IMG/VR virus record: IMGVR_UViG_2734482571_000013
Reading direction: 5' to 3' (one strand)
Source of the DNA: a virus
Taxonomy: Duplodnaviria; Heunggongvirae; Uroviricota; Caudoviricetes
Length of the DNA stretch: 44,555 nucleotides
This document shows, piece by piece, positions 29,197-39,954 of this stretch; the stretch's first letter is position 1; every line of letters begins with the position of its first letter. A program made the translations under genes and the position numbers. The notes beneath the pieces were generated by a model, which worked only from the letters and a program-made list of their open reading frames with translations, was not told where the DNA came from and ran no database searches.

Positions 29197-29961
29197 ATGA
29201 AACTGAAAACGGTCGAGATTAACGGAAAACAATACGCAGAAATTGATACTGCTGGCCTGCCAGTTTATGTGCACGACGATGGTAAAGAAATTGGCTTCGA
29301 TGCACCGCTGGCGACAAAAAAAATTACAGAGCTTAATGGCGAGGCAAAAAATCATCGCCTGGCTAAAGAAGCTGCAGAGGAAAAACTGGCTAAGTTTGCC
29401 GCTATCGAAGACCCGAAGAAGGCGATCGAGGCACTGGAAATGCTGTCAAAAATCGACCAGAAAAAGCTGCTCGATGCGGGACAGGTTGACCAGGTTAAGG
29501 CAGAAATTACGAAAAATTTTCAGCAGCAATTAGATGAAGAAAAGCAACGCTCTCAGATGCTGGAGAAGCAGCTTTACGATTCTATGATTGGCGGTAGTTT
29601 TGCGGGTTCAAAATATATTGCCGATAAAATTGCGATTCCGGCAGATTTATTACAAGCCCGCTTCGGGCAGGCATTCAAAGTGGAAGAAGGGAGGATCGTT
29701 GCTTATGACGCTTCCGGCAACAAAATTTATTCCCGCGCGAAGCCTGGCGAACTGGCGCAGTTTGATGAGGCGCTGGAGTTCCTTGTCGAAAATTACCCTC
29801 AGAAAGACTACATCCTGAAAGCCAGTGGCAACAATGGCGGCGGCTCCCGTCCGACACAGCATGATATTGGTCAGAAAACGATGAAACGCTCTGCTTTTGA
29901 TGCACTGGATGTTGCAGGTAAGCAAAACGCATTGAAAGACGGTATCACAATCGTTGATTAA
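29197..29961 (+). CDS. Putative scaffolding protein
   Basis: Charged, coiled-coil-like sequence (EEKLAKFAAIEDPKKAIEALEMLSKIDQKKLLD...) directly upstream of major capsid gene; listed ORF extends to 29125 through the terminator, so internal ATG 29197 preferred. Confidence 0.55.
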   Translation: MKLKTVEINGKQYAEIDTAGLPVYVHDDGKEIGFDAPLATKKITELNGEAKNHRLAKEAAEEKLAKFAAIEDPKKAIEALEMLSKIDQKKLLDAGQVDQVKAEITKNFQQQLDEEKQRSQMLEKQLYDSMIGGSFAGSKYIADKIAIPADLLQARFGQAFKVEEGRIVAYDASGNKIYSRAKPGELAQFDEALEFLVENYPQKDYILKASGNNGGGSRPTQHDIGQKTMKRSAFDALDVAGKQNALKDGITIVD

Positions 29962-30059
29962 CACATTTGTCAGCTTCCGGATGGGAGCTGGTGTCAGGGC
30001 TGGATAGCTCATTACTCCATCTATTCACAATTACGCAAATTTTTAAGGAATATTTAATT

Positions 30060-31199
30060 ATGGCTGGAAATACCCTGACCGGGTTGATCCCGACTATTTA
30101 TACCGCCCTGGATGTTGTATCCCGTGAGCAGGTAGGTTTTATCCCTGCGGTAGCAAAAAACGCAAAAGCTGACGCCGCAGCAAAAGATCAGACGGTAACC
30201 GCGCCAGTTGCGCCTGAGGCGAAAACCGAAGATATCGTACCGGGGCCGTCAGCTCCGAATACCGGTGATCAAAATATTGGCACTGTTGATGTAAAAATTA
30301 CTAAATCCAAAATGGCACCGGTTAAATGGAATGGTGAAGAACAACTGGCTCTTGGCCCTTCAGGGACTTACAACACCATTCTGGCTGATCAGTTCAAGCA
30401 GGCTTTTCGCGCCCTTGCAAACGAGGTTGAGGCTGATCTTGGTGCGTTGTATTTCGGTGCTTCCCGCGCCGTGGGAACCGCAGGGACAACGCCGTTTGGT
30501 GTTAAAGATGATCTTTCTGATGCTGCTCTGGCTCGTCAGGTTCTGGAGGATAACGGCGCACCGACAACCGATCTGCAGATGGTGCTTGGCTCCACTGCCA
30601 TTGCTAATTTGCGCGGAAAACAGTCTGTATTGTTTAAAGTGAATGAATCCGGCACTGAACAGCTACTGCGTGAGGGCGTGTTGGGGCGTCTGGAGGGATT
30701 CAATATTCACAGTTCGGCAGGTGTGAAACGAGCGCCAAAGGTTGCTGCAACTGGTTATCTCGTGAATGGAGAGAAAAAAGAAGGCGATGTTCTTATTTCC
30801 ATTGATACTGGTTCGGGGAGTATTTCTGCAGGTCAGATTGTTACGTTCGCTGGTGATCCGAATCAGTATGTTGTGGCAGCAGCGACCAGCAATCTGATTA
30901 CTCTTGCAGCGCCCGGACTGCGTCAGGATCTGGCCGATGATACTGCCATCACAGTTGTTGGGGCCTTTACTGCAAATATGGCGTTTGATCGCAACGCGTT
31001 TCTGCTGGCATCCCGTACTCCGGCAATGCCGGAAGGTGGCGATAATGCTGATGATGTAATGAATGTTACGGACCCGATTTCAGGGATTACGTTCCAGATT
31101 GCACTGTATCGTCAGTATCGCCAGGTGCGCTATGAAGTTGGACTGGCATGGGGTGTTTCATCAGTGAAGCCGGCACATGGTTGTCTGATTCTTGGTTAA
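30060..31199 (+). CDS. Major capsid protein (379 aa from MAGNTLTGL)
   Basis: AAGGAA Shine-Dalgarno before ATG 30060; size, position after scaffold, followed by strong hairpin. Confidence 0.75.
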   Translation: MAGNTLTGLIPTIYTALDVVSREQVGFIPAVAKNAKADAAAKDQTVTAPVAPEAKTEDIVPGPSAPNTGDQNIGTVDVKITKSKMAPVKWNGEEQLALGPSGTYNTILADQFKQAFRALANEVEADLGALYFGASRAVGTAGTTPFGVKDDLSDAALARQVLEDNGAPTTDLQMVLGSTAIANLRGKQSVLFKVNESGTEQLLREGVLGRLEGFNIHSSAGVKRAPKVAATGYLVNGEKKEGDVLISIDTGSGSISAGQIVTFAGDPNQYVVAAATSNLITLAAPGLRQDLADDTAITVVGAFTANMAFDRNAFLLASRTPAMPEGGDNADDVMNVTDPISGITFQIALYRQYRQVRYEVGLAWGVSSVKPAHGCLILG

Positions 31200-31210
31200 A
31201 CATTCAAACG

Positions 31211-31230
31211 GGGCTTCGGCCCCATTTTTA
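31211..31230 (+). terminator. GC hairpin with UUCG tetraloop plus T-run after capsid gene (terminator/attenuator)
   Basis: GGGC-TTCG-GCCC followed by CATTTTTA. Confidence 0.5.
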
Positions 31231-31241
31231 ATGGGGGGCAT

Positions 31242-31418
31242 ATGGCCGGATTAACTAAAGAGCAAAGAGCACAGCGTGAAGCCGCACAAAAAACGCAAAT
31301 TGAGTTAGTGGTTATGGTGACCGATTATCAGATGTTTCCCGGCGCACCAACTATCGCTAATGTTCATCCTGATGAAGTTGACAACTGGAAGGCTATGGGC
31401 TGGAAAACTCAGGAGTAA
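31242..31418 (+). CDS. Possible small head-associated protein (58 aa)
   Basis: Hand-translated MAGLTKEQRAQREAAQKTQIELVVMVTDYQMFPGAPTIANVHPDEVDNWKAMGWKTQE; fills the gap between capsid and next gene; below ORF-track cutoff. Confidence 0.4.
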   Translation: MAGLTKEQRAQREAAQKTQIELVVMVTDYQMFPGAPTIANVHPDEVDNWKAMGWKTQE

Positions 31419-31421
31419 CAC

Positions 31422-31817
31422 ATGATCACTTACGTGACCTGTGATGACGTTGATAATGCGTTTGGGAACGCCTGGACGAGTGAGAACGCTAAAAATAAAG
31501 CTGTTTTAATGGCTAATGCCTGGCTTAATGGCTTCAACCTGAAAATTAACCCATCCCGTATTCCGGAAGAGGTAAAACTTGCGGGAGCATATGCAGCCAG
31601 AATTGCCTCATTCGGTAAGTTGTTTCAGCAGAAAAATGATTCTGGCGTTGTTATCAGTAAAGCCGTGTCGGCTGACGGGGTCAGTGTATCGAAATCATTT
31701 TCTGAGTTGCCAGCAAACAGCACTGCATTGCTTGAACCCGATTTACAGCTTGCGATAGCACTGCTGAAACCGTACGGACTTAGTCGCTCACAAGTCAGGG
31801 TTGTGAGGGGGGGATAA
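31422..31817 (+). CDS. Head-tail connector / head completion protein (putative)
   Basis: Tightly packed small genes between capsid and major tail protein, stop-start coupled. Confidence 0.5.
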   Translation: MITYVTCDDVDNAFGNAWTSENAKNKAVLMANAWLNGFNLKINPSRIPEEVKLAGAYAARIASFGKLFQQKNDSGVVISKAVSADGVSVSKSFSELPANSTALLEPDLQLAIALLKPYGLSRSQVRVVRGG

Positions 31818-32200
31818 TGGGGCTTCGTGAAGAGATTCAGTCAGAGGTTGCCGCTGCTTTTGATGAGGATTTAGCGGACGCCGTGAGTGATTTTTCTGGT
31901 TCTTACGTTACGCACCGGCACTGGGATCCTGTGACGGAAACTGGCGGCGAATCAACCGCAATCTATACCGGGCGAGGCGTGTTGACACGTTATAAGCTGG
32001 GCAGAATTGATGGGATTAATATTTTGCATGGTGACCTTAAATTAACCGCTCTGGTATGCGAGGTTACGGATAAACCAGCTGTCGACCATATTATTGAGAT
32101 TTATGATCCTGTATCAAGGCAGTTACAACGATACGAGGTAATTACAGCAAGTGTAGATCCTTCCGCATCAGTTTACTCTATCCAGTTAAGGAGAGCGTAA
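31817..32200 (+). CDS. Head-tail joining protein (putative)
   Basis: Stop-start overlap with neighbours; position. Confidence 0.5.
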   Translation: MGLREEIQSEVAAAFDEDLADAVSDFSGSYVTHRHWDPVTETGGESTAIYTGRGVLTRYKLGRIDGINILHGDLKLTALVCEVTDKPAVDHIIEIYDPVSRQLQRYEVITASVDPSASVYSIQLRRA

Positions 32201-32581
32201 ATGGCAAAGGCATGGGATATAGAACCGTCAATATTTGCCGGGATGATTGAGGAAGATGTAGGGCTGAAGATTCGCTACATCGCTATGCAGATTCTTACTG
32301 CTATTGATATTGCTGCTCCGGTTGATACCGGACGTTTCAGAAATAACAACCTGGTGTCGTTACAGCATCCCGATTTTGGTATATCTGATAACGTGGATCC
32401 GAACGGTACGATTGCTGTTCAGCGTGGGATCGGGGTTATTTCGAAAGCTGCAAATTACGGGGTTATTTATATCCAGAATAACCTTCCTTATGCAGAGGCT
32501 CTTGAAAACGGTCATTCACAACAAGCGCCAACTGGCGTGTATGCCAACGCTTTTCATGGTGTTTTACAGGCTTACAAATGA
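32201..32581 (+). CDS. Head/tail completion protein (putative)
   Basis: Position; coupled to neighbours. Confidence 0.5.
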   Translation: MAKAWDIEPSIFAGMIEEDVGLKIRYIAMQILTAIDIAAPVDTGRFRNNNLVSLQHPDFGISDNVDPNGTIAVQRGIGVISKAANYGVIYIQNNLPYAEALENGHSQQAPTGVYANAFHGVLQAYK

Positions 32582-32970
32582 AGTTTACTGAAATCAGAAA
32601 TACGGTTATTTCCAGAATGACGGCACAGACGATTATTGATGGAAAAGACGTATTGTATCCGAACGGGCCAACGTTCGATCCTTCCGGTAAGTTAATCTGG
32701 GCGCGGTTAAGTAATATTCCCGGGCAGGCTGGAGTTAATGAAATTGGCGCGGGGCCGGTTGTTTATCGCACGGGGATAATCATTATTCAGTTATTTGTCC
32801 CCGCAGGTTCTGGTTCAAAACTCATTACTGAGACAGCCGATAAATTGCGGGAACTGTTTGAGTTTCAGGATGACGATCGTCTCAGTTACCAGGCTGTTTC
32901 CTCAATAGCCGTTGGCGAAAAGAATGGCTGGTTCCAGCTTAATCTTCAAATTCCATATCGCGCGCTCTAG
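32578..32970 (+). CDS. Tail completion / tail terminator protein (putative)
   Basis: Position immediately before major tail protein. Confidence 0.5.
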   Translation: MKFTEIRNTVISRMTAQTIIDGKDVLYPNGPTFDPSGKLIWARLSNIPGQAGVNEIGAGPVVYRTGIIIIQLFVPAGSGSKLITETADKLRELFEFQDDDRLSYQAVSSIAVGEKNGWFQLNLQIPYRAL

Positions 32971-32996
32971 CGCAATTAATGACATAGGAGGCTCCT

Positions 32997-33959
32997 GTGA
33001 GTTCAGGTGCAAAGGTTATCTCGGCATTTATCCGGGAGACGGTTGCAGGCACTACGCCAGCAAGTGGTGACTGGAGTTTATTAAAACGCACAAGCTGGGG
33101 AGTAAAACCCACCCAGAATAAAGGCGAAAATAATGAGATTGGTGGCTCCCGGATGGCTCAGGGGGCGACGCCTGGCACTGTGGATGTCGGCGGTGATGTT
33201 GGTACCAAATTTCGCTGGGGTCAACATGATGATTTTCTTGCATCCTGTTTCGGCGCGGAATGGTCAGGCGATTCTCTGACAATGGGGAATGAGCGAATAA
33301 CATTTTCTCTGGCGACCTATGCGTCCGATGTCGGAATTGCCTCTGTCGTCAGAGGAGCGCAGGTTGGCTCATGGAAAATGCAGATCCCTAACGACGGCGA
33401 TATTACAGCGACCGTAACCTTTGCCGGACTGGACTGGGAATCAAAGGCCGATGATACGAATTTTATCAAAGGCGAACCTGTGGATAGTGCAGGAAAGCTA
33501 CGTTATTCGTTTAAGGAGGTTTCAGCAGTAAGCCTGAATGGTGTTGCCGGAGGTAACGGTTTTTGTATCGACAGTTTTGATATTCAGTTCGATAACAAAC
33601 TCCAGACACAGCGTTGTATCGGGACTGGCTCGCCTTATGCAGGAGCAAATATTCCGACTACTTTTACACCGTCCGGTACGGTGACGCTTTCATGGTCTAA
33701 AGCCGCGTGGGAAATCTGGAGTAAAACACTGACTGGAGAAACAGTTCCGTTCAGCTTCACGCTTTCGAATGGAGAGGGGGCATACACTTTCAGTTTCCCG
33801 AAGGTTCAGGTGTCAGGTGAATGGCCTGATGGGGGTAATAGCGACATTATCCAGGTTCAATTGAGCATTACCGCAGCAGATGAAGCACCTACGATAACCA
33901 GAAAAAAAAATTCCCCGGCTGCCGTGATCGCAAAAGCCAGTGCTGAGGCGATTAGTTGA
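32997..33959 (+). CDS. Major tail (tube) protein (320 aa)
   Basis: GTG start with TAGGAGG Shine-Dalgarno; position before tail assembly chaperone genes. Confidence 0.65.
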   Translation: MSSGAKVISAFIRETVAGTTPASGDWSLLKRTSWGVKPTQNKGENNEIGGSRMAQGATPGTVDVGGDVGTKFRWGQHDDFLASCFGAEWSGDSLTMGNERITFSLATYASDVGIASVVRGAQVGSWKMQIPNDGDITATVTFAGLDWESKADDTNFIKGEPVDSAGKLRYSFKEVSAVSLNGVAGGNGFCIDSFDIQFDNKLQTQRCIGTGSPYAGANIPTTFTPSGTVTLSWSKAAWEIWSKTLTGETVPFSFTLSNGEGAYTFSFPKVQVSGEWPDGGNSDIIQVQLSITAADEAPTITRKKNSPAAVIAKASAEAIS

Positions 33960-34007
33960 TTTTCCGTTATTCCTCCTGTGGTACTGCCCTACAGGGGGAC
34001 GCATTGA

Positions 34008-34469
34008 ATGAGGTTATGGATGTTTATTCTTAATCAGAAAATTATCATTGGTGGAGAACGCTGGTTTACGCCAATGAAGGACTTAAAACCTGTAGACGGG
34101 TTAAAACTGTTGGTGGCAAGCAGCGATAACGATCAGTATCGCTCCCGTAATGCATTAATCCGTCGCCACATTGAGAAAATGGATGCCAGTTTGCACGTCG
34201 GAACGAAGGAGTTTGATATTTCAAAGGTTTCCGAGGTGGATTCTGTTGATGATTTACTCATTGATAATGCCGCTCGTTATCTGCTGAAAGACTGGAAAGG
34301 GGTTGGTGAACTGGTTAATGGTGTTGAGGTTGCACTGGAATATACGGCAGAACGAGGGATCGCGCTGCTTAAGCAGAATCCAGAGTTGTACTGGCAGATC
34401 CTTGCAGAAGCAGCCAGCATCGCCCAGGGTAAAGAGCAGCAGAAGCAGGATACGATAAAAAAGCCATAG
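34008..34469 (+). CDS. G: Tail assembly chaperone, G-like
   Basis: Position before tape measure; ends with slippery heptamer; acidic protein; start uncertain (34008 or 34020). Confidence 0.7.
   Translation: MRLWMFILNQKIIIGGERWFTPMKDLKPVDGLKLLVASSDNDQYRSRNALIRRHIEKMDASLHVGTKEFDISKVSEVDSVDDLLIDNAARYLLKDWKGVGELVNGVEVALEYTAERGIALLKQNPELYWQILAEAASIAQGKEQQKQDTIKKP
34457..34463 (+). promoter_or_regulatory. Programmed -1 ribosomal frameshift slippery site A_AAA_AAG
   Basis: Heptamer in G frame 5 codons before G stop; the -1 frame stays open to 34777. Confidence 0.7.
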
Positions 34470-34777
34470 CTGCCCAGCGGTGGTTATCGGAGTTCGGGGG
34501 AGAAAGGGGGGAAAAGGCAAGATGGAAGCGAGAAAAACTCAGGTTGCCACCGATACCGGAACCAGAAATAGACCCGGTGCTTAAGGAGTTGTTGTACGCC
34601 TATTCGGTAATATCCCGTGCCCGACGTTATGCTGGAATGGCTGGGGTGCCTTTGCCTTTATCTCTGACAGAGATAAATGAATATTTAGCCACTCATCCGG
34701 TATTGATTGAGCGCGATGAATTTGAAGCAGTGATCTTTGCACTGGATGACCAGTATTTTCAGGAGCAGTGTGTGTAG
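34457..34777 (+). CDS. T: T-like extension of tail assembly chaperone (G-T fusion via -1 frameshift)
   Basis: -1 frame ORF open from the slippery site to stop at 34775-34777; conserved G/T arrangement upstream of tape measure in long-tailed phages. Confidence 0.65.
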   Translation, partial: KKAIAAQRWLSEFGGERGEKARWKREKLRLPPIPEPEIDPVLKELLYAYSVISRARRYAGMAGVPLPLSLTEINEYLATHPVLIERDEFEAVIFALDDQYFQEQCV

Positions 34778-34897
34778 TTGTTAATTACGTACACTCTGTT
34801 ACAGAGATGTGATGGTGTCTTTAATTAAATCGATGATGCTCCTGGAGAAAAGCATTGCGTGGCCTCGTAATCGCTATATCTACTATTATGTCGCCTG

Positions 34898-34922
34898 AAA
34901 CCCACTTCGCGGTGGGTTTTTT
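34898..34922 (+). terminator. Hairpin plus T-run between T and tape measure gene (attenuator-like)
   Basis: ACCCAC-TTCGCG-GTGGGT followed by TTTTTT. Confidence 0.45.
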
Positions 34923-34942
34923 GTTGTCAGGAGTTTTAATAA

Positions 34943-37900
34943 ATGGCAGAGCAAACCTCGCGTCTCGCAATAATTATTGATAGCACTGGAGCGAAAAATA
35001 ATGCTGACAATCTGACCTCCTCATTAGTCAAAATGACGCAGGCTGGGGAAACTGCTGCAAATAGCGCAGGGAAAGTGACTAAGGCAACAGAAGATGAGAA
35101 GAACGCGCTCGCAAAATTAAAAGCAGCTATTGATCCAGTTGGTGCCGCAATTGATACTGTCGGTCGACGCTATTCTGAATTAAAGAAATTTTTCGATAAA
35201 GGGCTTATTGATAAAGAAGAATATGAATTTCTTGTCCGTAAACTTAATGAAACCACAGAGGAATTGAGCGGGGTTGCGCAAGCGCAGAGAGAAGCCGAGA
35301 AGGCCGGAAAACTTGCTGCCGCCCAGCAGGAAGCGCAGGCTCAGGCCTTTCAAAGAATGCTGGACAAGATCGACCCTCTGGCTGCGGCGCTAAGAAATCT
35401 TGAACAACAGCATGATGAACTTAATGCTGCGTTTGCATCCGGGAAAATAAATGGTTCTCAGTTTGAGAATTATAGCCGAAAAATACAGGAAACACGGCGA
35501 GAGCTTACCGGAGAGGCTCAGGCAGAGCGAGAAGCAGCAAAAGCGCATGATGAACAGGTTGTTGCTTTGCAACGTCTGATTGCTCAACTTGATCCTGTCG
35601 GAACTGCTTTTAATCGTCTGGTAGAACAACAGAAACAGCTCAATGAAGCAAAAGCTAAGGGGATGCTTTCTCCTGAAATGTATGAGGAGCTTTCTGGAAA
35701 ACTTCGTGCTATGCGGAGTGAGCTTGAGGTTACTCAATCACAATTAAGCAAAACCGGAATGTCGGCAAAACAAACGGCTTTTGCTATGCGCATGTTGCCT
35801 GTACAAATGACGGATATTGTTGTTGGGTTGTCCACTGGTCAGTCGCCATTTATGGTGTTAATGCAGCAGGGCGGCCAGCTAAAAGATATGTTCGGTGGGA
35901 TTGGCCCGGCGATCAAAGGTGTAGGTTCTTATGTGCTGGGATTAATTAATCCTTTTACCCTGGCCGCAGCAGCCGTTGGGGTCTTAGGACTGGCTTACTA
36001 TAAAGGCTCTCAGGAGCAGGACGAATTTAATAAATCTCTTATTCTTACCGGAAATCAGTTGGGGACAACCAGCGGGCAATTGGGCGATATAGCTCAACGT
36101 GCCGGGAATGCGGCTGATTCGACAACTGGTGCTGCGGCGGCAGTATTAAATCAGCTTGTGCGTTCGGGAAAGGTAGCGAGCAGTTCGCTGGAGCAAGTGA
36201 CGACAGCGATAGTAAAAACGAGCGAAGTAACAGGAATATCAACCGAACAACTGGTTAATGACTTCAATGAAATTGCAAAGGATCCTGTCAGTGCCATATC
36301 AAAACTTAATGATCAGTACCATTTTCTGACACTTGCGACTTATAACCAGATTAAGGCGCTACAGGATGAAGGGAACCAGCAGGAGGCCGCCCGCATTGCG
36401 ACAGAAGAATACTCATCCTCAATGATCCAGCGCACCAACCAGATTAAAGAAAATCTTGGTTATCTTGAGACTGCATGGAAAGCTGTCGCAGACTCCGCAA
36501 AATGGGCATGGGATTCCATGCTGGATATTGGCCGTGAGGCCTCCCTTGATCAAAAAATCTCAGATGTTCTCCGTCAAATTGATGAAATAGAAAAAAATAC
36601 CCGACCCGGAGTTTTCGGGTTAGGTGGCATTGGAGATGGCGGAGCTCAAAATAAAAGGCTGGCACGATTAAAGCAGCAATTGGGCGTACTTCAAGCAGAA
36701 AAAATTGCTCAGGACGTACTAAATTCATCAATAAACGATTACAACAAGCGACAACAGGAAGGAATTGAACTCAGACAGAGAGCAGATGCCTTTTCAAAAC
36801 AATATCAGACCCGGGAGCAGCAGAGAGCTAGTGAACTTGCAAAACTGGAAAAGCTAAAGAATCAGTATTCAAAGGAAGAATATAATAATCTTATCGCTCA
36901 AATAAATGAGCGTTATAAAGATCCAAAGCAACCAAAGGCGAAAGGTTATTCTGATGATGCAGCCCAACGAATGATTGATCATCTGAATCAACAGAATGCG
37001 TTACTAAGTTCACAAGCTGAGTTGACCGTTAAATTAAGTTCCTCTGAACAGGAACTGGTTAAGTGGCGTCAGCGGATTGCCGACCTAGAGTCACGACCAT
37101 CATCGAAATTAACCCAGGATCAGAAATCGCTTCTCTTACACCGGGAAGAAATAACCACGTTGATGGAGAAAAATGTTGCGATTGAAAAAAATAACAGGCT
37201 AATCAAGGAATCCGCCGAAATAACAGCATGGCGTGATTCATTGCAGGCTTCGATTGATAATCGTCAGCAGGGGTATGATATTCAGATTGCTGGTTATGGG
37301 GTTGGCGATAAAAATCAGCAACGCCAGCAGGAATTACTGCGGATTGAACATGGATATAACAATCAGCGTCTGCAACTTGAACGTGACTATGCAGATAAAT
37401 CCCGTGGAATGTCAGATCATGTTTTTCAAGAGAAAATGCAGGCTCTGAATGATGCTCTGGAACGGGAAAAAGAAATTGTCAGACAGAAAAACGAGCAGCT
37501 CGATATTCAGGCAGGAGACTGGGTTAGTGGTGCCTCCCAGGGATTCAATAACTGGCTGGATGACACTAAGGATATCAGTGAGCAGATAAAATCAACCACG
37601 ACTCAGATGTTTGATGGGATGACCGATGCGCTGGGTGATTTTGTCACGACAGGCAAGGCAAATTTTCGTTCTTTCGCTACTTCCGTGATTTCGGATCTTA
37701 GTCGAATAGCATTAAAGGCTTCAATTACTGGGATTTTCGACAGCATTAGTAACAGTTCTTCTGGGGGGATTTTAGGAACTATCGGGAGTGCTATTAGTAA
37801 ATTTATTCCGAATGCAAAGGGCGGTGTTTATGAGTCTCCGTCATTGAGCACGTATTCGAACGGTATTTATGATTCCCCGCAATTTTTTGCTTTTGCAAAA

Positions 37901-38176
37901 GGGGCTGGTGTTTTTGGTGAGGCTGGACCGGAAGCCATTATGCCATTAACACGAACTTCCGATGGTTCTCTTGGTGTCAGAGCTATTAATAGTAAAAGTG
38001 GTAATGGAGGCGGAGATATTACCTATGCCCCTGTATACCAAATCACTATTCAAAATGACGGCCAGAATGGAGAGATTGGCCCTCAGGCAATAAAAGCACT
38101 TATGGGGATGGTTGATCAGCGGGTGCAGGGCAATCTGTTAAATATGCGACGTGATGGGGGAATGTTAAGTGGCTAA
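34943..38176 (+). CDS. H: Tail tape measure protein (1077 aa)
   Basis: Length, coiled-coil-rich N-terminal half, Gly-rich hydrophobic segment, position after G/T. Confidence 0.85.
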   Translation: MAEQTSRLAIIIDSTGAKNNADNLTSSLVKMTQAGETAANSAGKVTKATEDEKNALAKLKAAIDPVGAAIDTVGRRYSELKKFFDKGLIDKEEYEFLVRKLNETTEELSGVAQAQREAEKAGKLAAAQQEAQAQAFQRMLDKIDPLAAALRNLEQQHDELNAAFASGKINGSQFENYSRKIQETRRELTGEAQAEREAAKAHDEQVVALQRLIAQLDPVGTAFNRLVEQQKQLNEAKAKGMLSPEMYEELSGKLRAMRSELEVTQSQLSKTGMSAKQTAFAMRMLPVQMTDIVVGLSTGQSPFMVLMQQGGQLKDMFGGIGPAIKGVGSYVLGLINPFTLAAAAVGVLGLAYYKGSQEQDEFNKSLILTGNQLGTTSGQLGDIAQRAGNAADSTTGAAAAVLNQLVRSGKVASSSLEQVTTAIVKTSEVTGISTEQLVNDFNEIAKDPVSAISKLNDQYHFLTLATYNQIKALQDEGNQQEAARIATEEYSSSMIQRTNQIKENLGYLETAWKAVADSAKWAWDSMLDIGREASLDQKISDVLRQIDEIEKNTRPGVFGLGGIGDGGAQNKRLARLKQQLGVLQAEKIAQDVLNSSINDYNKRQQEGIELRQRADAFSKQYQTREQQRASELAKLEKLKNQYSKEEYNNLIAQINERYKDPKQPKAKGYSDDAAQRMIDHLNQQNALLSSQAELTVKLSSSEQELVKWRQRIADLESRPSSKLTQDQKSLLLHREEITTLMEKNVAIEKNNRLIKESAEITAWRDSLQASIDNRQQGYDIQIAGYGVGDKNQQRQQELLRIEHGYNNQRLQLERDYADKSRGMSDHVFQEKMQALNDALEREKEIVRQKNEQLDIQAGDWVSGASQGFNNWLDDTKDISEQIKSTTTQMFDGMTDALGDFVTTGKANFRSFATSVISDLSRIALKASITGIFDSISNSSSGGILGTIGSAISKFIPNAKGGVYESPSLSTYSNGIYDSPQFFAFAKGAGVFGEAGPEAIMPLTRTSDGSLGVRAINSKSGNGGGDITYAPVYQITIQNDGQNGEIGPQAIKALMGMVDQRVQGNLLNMRRDGGMLSG

Positions 38177-38507
38177 TACGGAAGAATTTCACTGGTTACC
38201 AGAGGATGGAATGAAAACAGAAAATAAACCATCGATAAAAACTGTAAGATTTGGTGATGGTTATGAGCAACGAAGTCCAAATGGACTTAATCATTCTCTG
38301 CGCGTTTTCACCTGTGATTTCAAAGTTGAGGCGAATGAACGTGATTCATTTGAAAAATTTTTAGCCCGGCATGAAGGCTATAAATCTTTTTTTTGGCGCC
38401 CGCCGGGTATTAACAGAAAAATCAGAGTGGTGTGTCGAACGTGGTCAGCGACAGAACATATCACCTATACCGATTTTTCGTGTCAGTTTGACGAAGTGGT
38501 GATCTGA
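38169..38507 (+). CDS. M: Minor tail protein M-like (112 aa)
   Basis: Similar to lambda gpM as recalled ([10 protein letters not shown]...KSFFW); position. Confidence 0.8.
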   Translation: MANTEEFHWLPEDGMKTENKPSIKTVRFGDGYEQRSPNGLNHSLRVFTCDFKVEANERDSFEKFLARHEGYKSFFWRPPGINRKIRVVCRTWSATEHITYTDFSCQFDEVVI

Positions 38508-39205
38508 TGCAGGACATACAACAGGAAACGCTGAATGAATGCATTCGTGCGGAGCAGTCGGCCAGCGTGGTGCTCTGGGAAATCGACCTGACCGAGGTAG
38601 GCGGGGATCGCTACTTTTTCTGCAATGAGCAGAACGAGAAAGGAGAGTCTGTCACCTGGCAGAGTCGGCAGTATCAGGCCTATCCCATTCAGGGGAGTGG
38701 ATTTGAGATGAACGGCAAAGGTGCCAGTGCAAGGCCAACGCTGAAAGTCTCTAATCTGCACGGCATGGTCACCGGGATGGCGGAAGACCTGCAGAGTCTG
38801 GTCGGCGGAACGGTGGTCAGGCGTAAGGTTTACGCCCGTTTTCTGGATGCGGTGAACTTCGTCAACGGAAACAGTGACGCCGATCCGGAGCAGGAGGTGA
38901 TCAGCCGCTGGCGTATTGAGCAGTGCAGCGAACTGAGCGCGGTCAGTGCCTCCTTTGTACTGTCCACGCCGACGGAAACGGACGGCGCTGTTTTTCCGGG
39001 GCGCATCATGCTTGCTAATACCTGCACCTGGACCTATCGCGGTGATGAGTGCGGTTATCACGGTCCGGCTGTCGCGGATGAATATGACCAGCCAACGTCC
39101 GATATCACGAAGGATAAATGCAGCAAATGCCTGAGCGGTTGTAAGTTCCGCAATAACGTCGGCAACTTTGGCGGCTTCCTTTCCATTAACAAACTTTCGC
39201 AGTAA
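38507..39205 (+). CDS. L: Minor tail protein L-like (232 aa)
   Basis: Length and C-terminal Cys cluster as in lambda gpL; position. Confidence 0.8.
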   Translation: MQDIQQETLNECIRAEQSASVVLWEIDLTEVGGDRYFFCNEQNEKGESVTWQSRQYQAYPIQGSGFEMNGKGASARPTLKVSNLHGMVTGMAEDLQSLVGGTVVRRKVYARFLDAVNFVNGNSDADPEQEVISRWRIEQCSELSAVSASFVLSTPTETDGAVFPGRIMLANTCTWTYRGDECGYHGPAVADEYDQPTSDITKDKCSKCLSGCKFRNNVGNFGGFLSINKLSQ

Positions 39206-39210
39206 ATCCC

Positions 39211-39954
39211 ATGACACAGACAGAATCAGCGATTCTGGCGCACGCCCGGCGATGTGCGCCAGCGGAGTCGTGCGGCTTCGTGGTGAGAACACCGGAGGGG
39301 GAAAGATATTTTCCCTGCGTGAATATTTCCGGTGAGCCGGAGGAGTATTTCCGGATGGCTCCGGAGGACTGGCTGCAGGCAGAGATGCAGGGTGAGATTG
39401 TGGCGCTGGTCCACAGCCACCCCGGTGGTCTGCCCTGGCTGAGTGAGGCCGACCGGCGGCTGCAGGTGCAGAGTGATTTGCCGTGGTGGCTGGTCTGCCG
39501 GGGGGCGATTCATAAGTTCCGCTGTGTGCCGCATCTCACCGGGCGGCGCTTTGAGCACGGGGTGACGGACTGTTACACGCTGTTCCGGGACGCTTACCAT
39601 CTGGCGGGGATTGAGATGCCGGACTTTTATCGTGAGGATGACTGGTGGCGTAACGGCCAGAATCTCTATCTTGATAATCTGGAGGCCACAGGGCTGTATC
39701 AGGTGCCGTTGTCAGCGGCGCAGCCGGGCGATGTGCTGCTGTGCTGTTTTGGTTCATCGGTGCCGAATCATGCCGCCATTTACTGTGGTGACGGCGAGCT
39801 GCTGCACCATATTCCTGAACAACTGAGCAAACGAGAGAGGTACACCGACAAATGGCAGCGACGCACACACTCCCTCTGGCGTCACCGGGCATGGCACGCA
39901 TCTGCCTTTACGGGGATTTGCAGCGATTTGGCCGCCGCATCGACCTTCGTGTGA
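39211..39954 (+). CDS. K: Tail assembly protein K-like (JAB/MPN plus NlpC/P60-type)
   Basis: HSHP metalloprotease motif (VALVHSHPGG); overlaps the I gene. Confidence 0.8.
   Translation: MTQTESAILAHARRCAPAESCGFVVRTPEGERYFPCVNISGEPEEYFRMAPEDWLQAEMQGEIVALVHSHPGGLPWLSEADRRLQVQSDLPWWLVCRGAIHKFRCVPHLTGRRFEHGVTDCYTLFRDAYHLAGIEMPDFYREDDWWRNGQNLYLDNLEATGLYQVPLSAAQPGDVLLCCFGSSVPNHAAIYCGDGELLHHIPEQLSKRERYTDKWQRRTHSLWRHRAWHASAFTGICSDLAAASTFV

Noticed and set aside
38483-39292. 269-aa minus-strand ORF
   Set aside because: Antisense to the L and K tail genes, which have clear lambda homology
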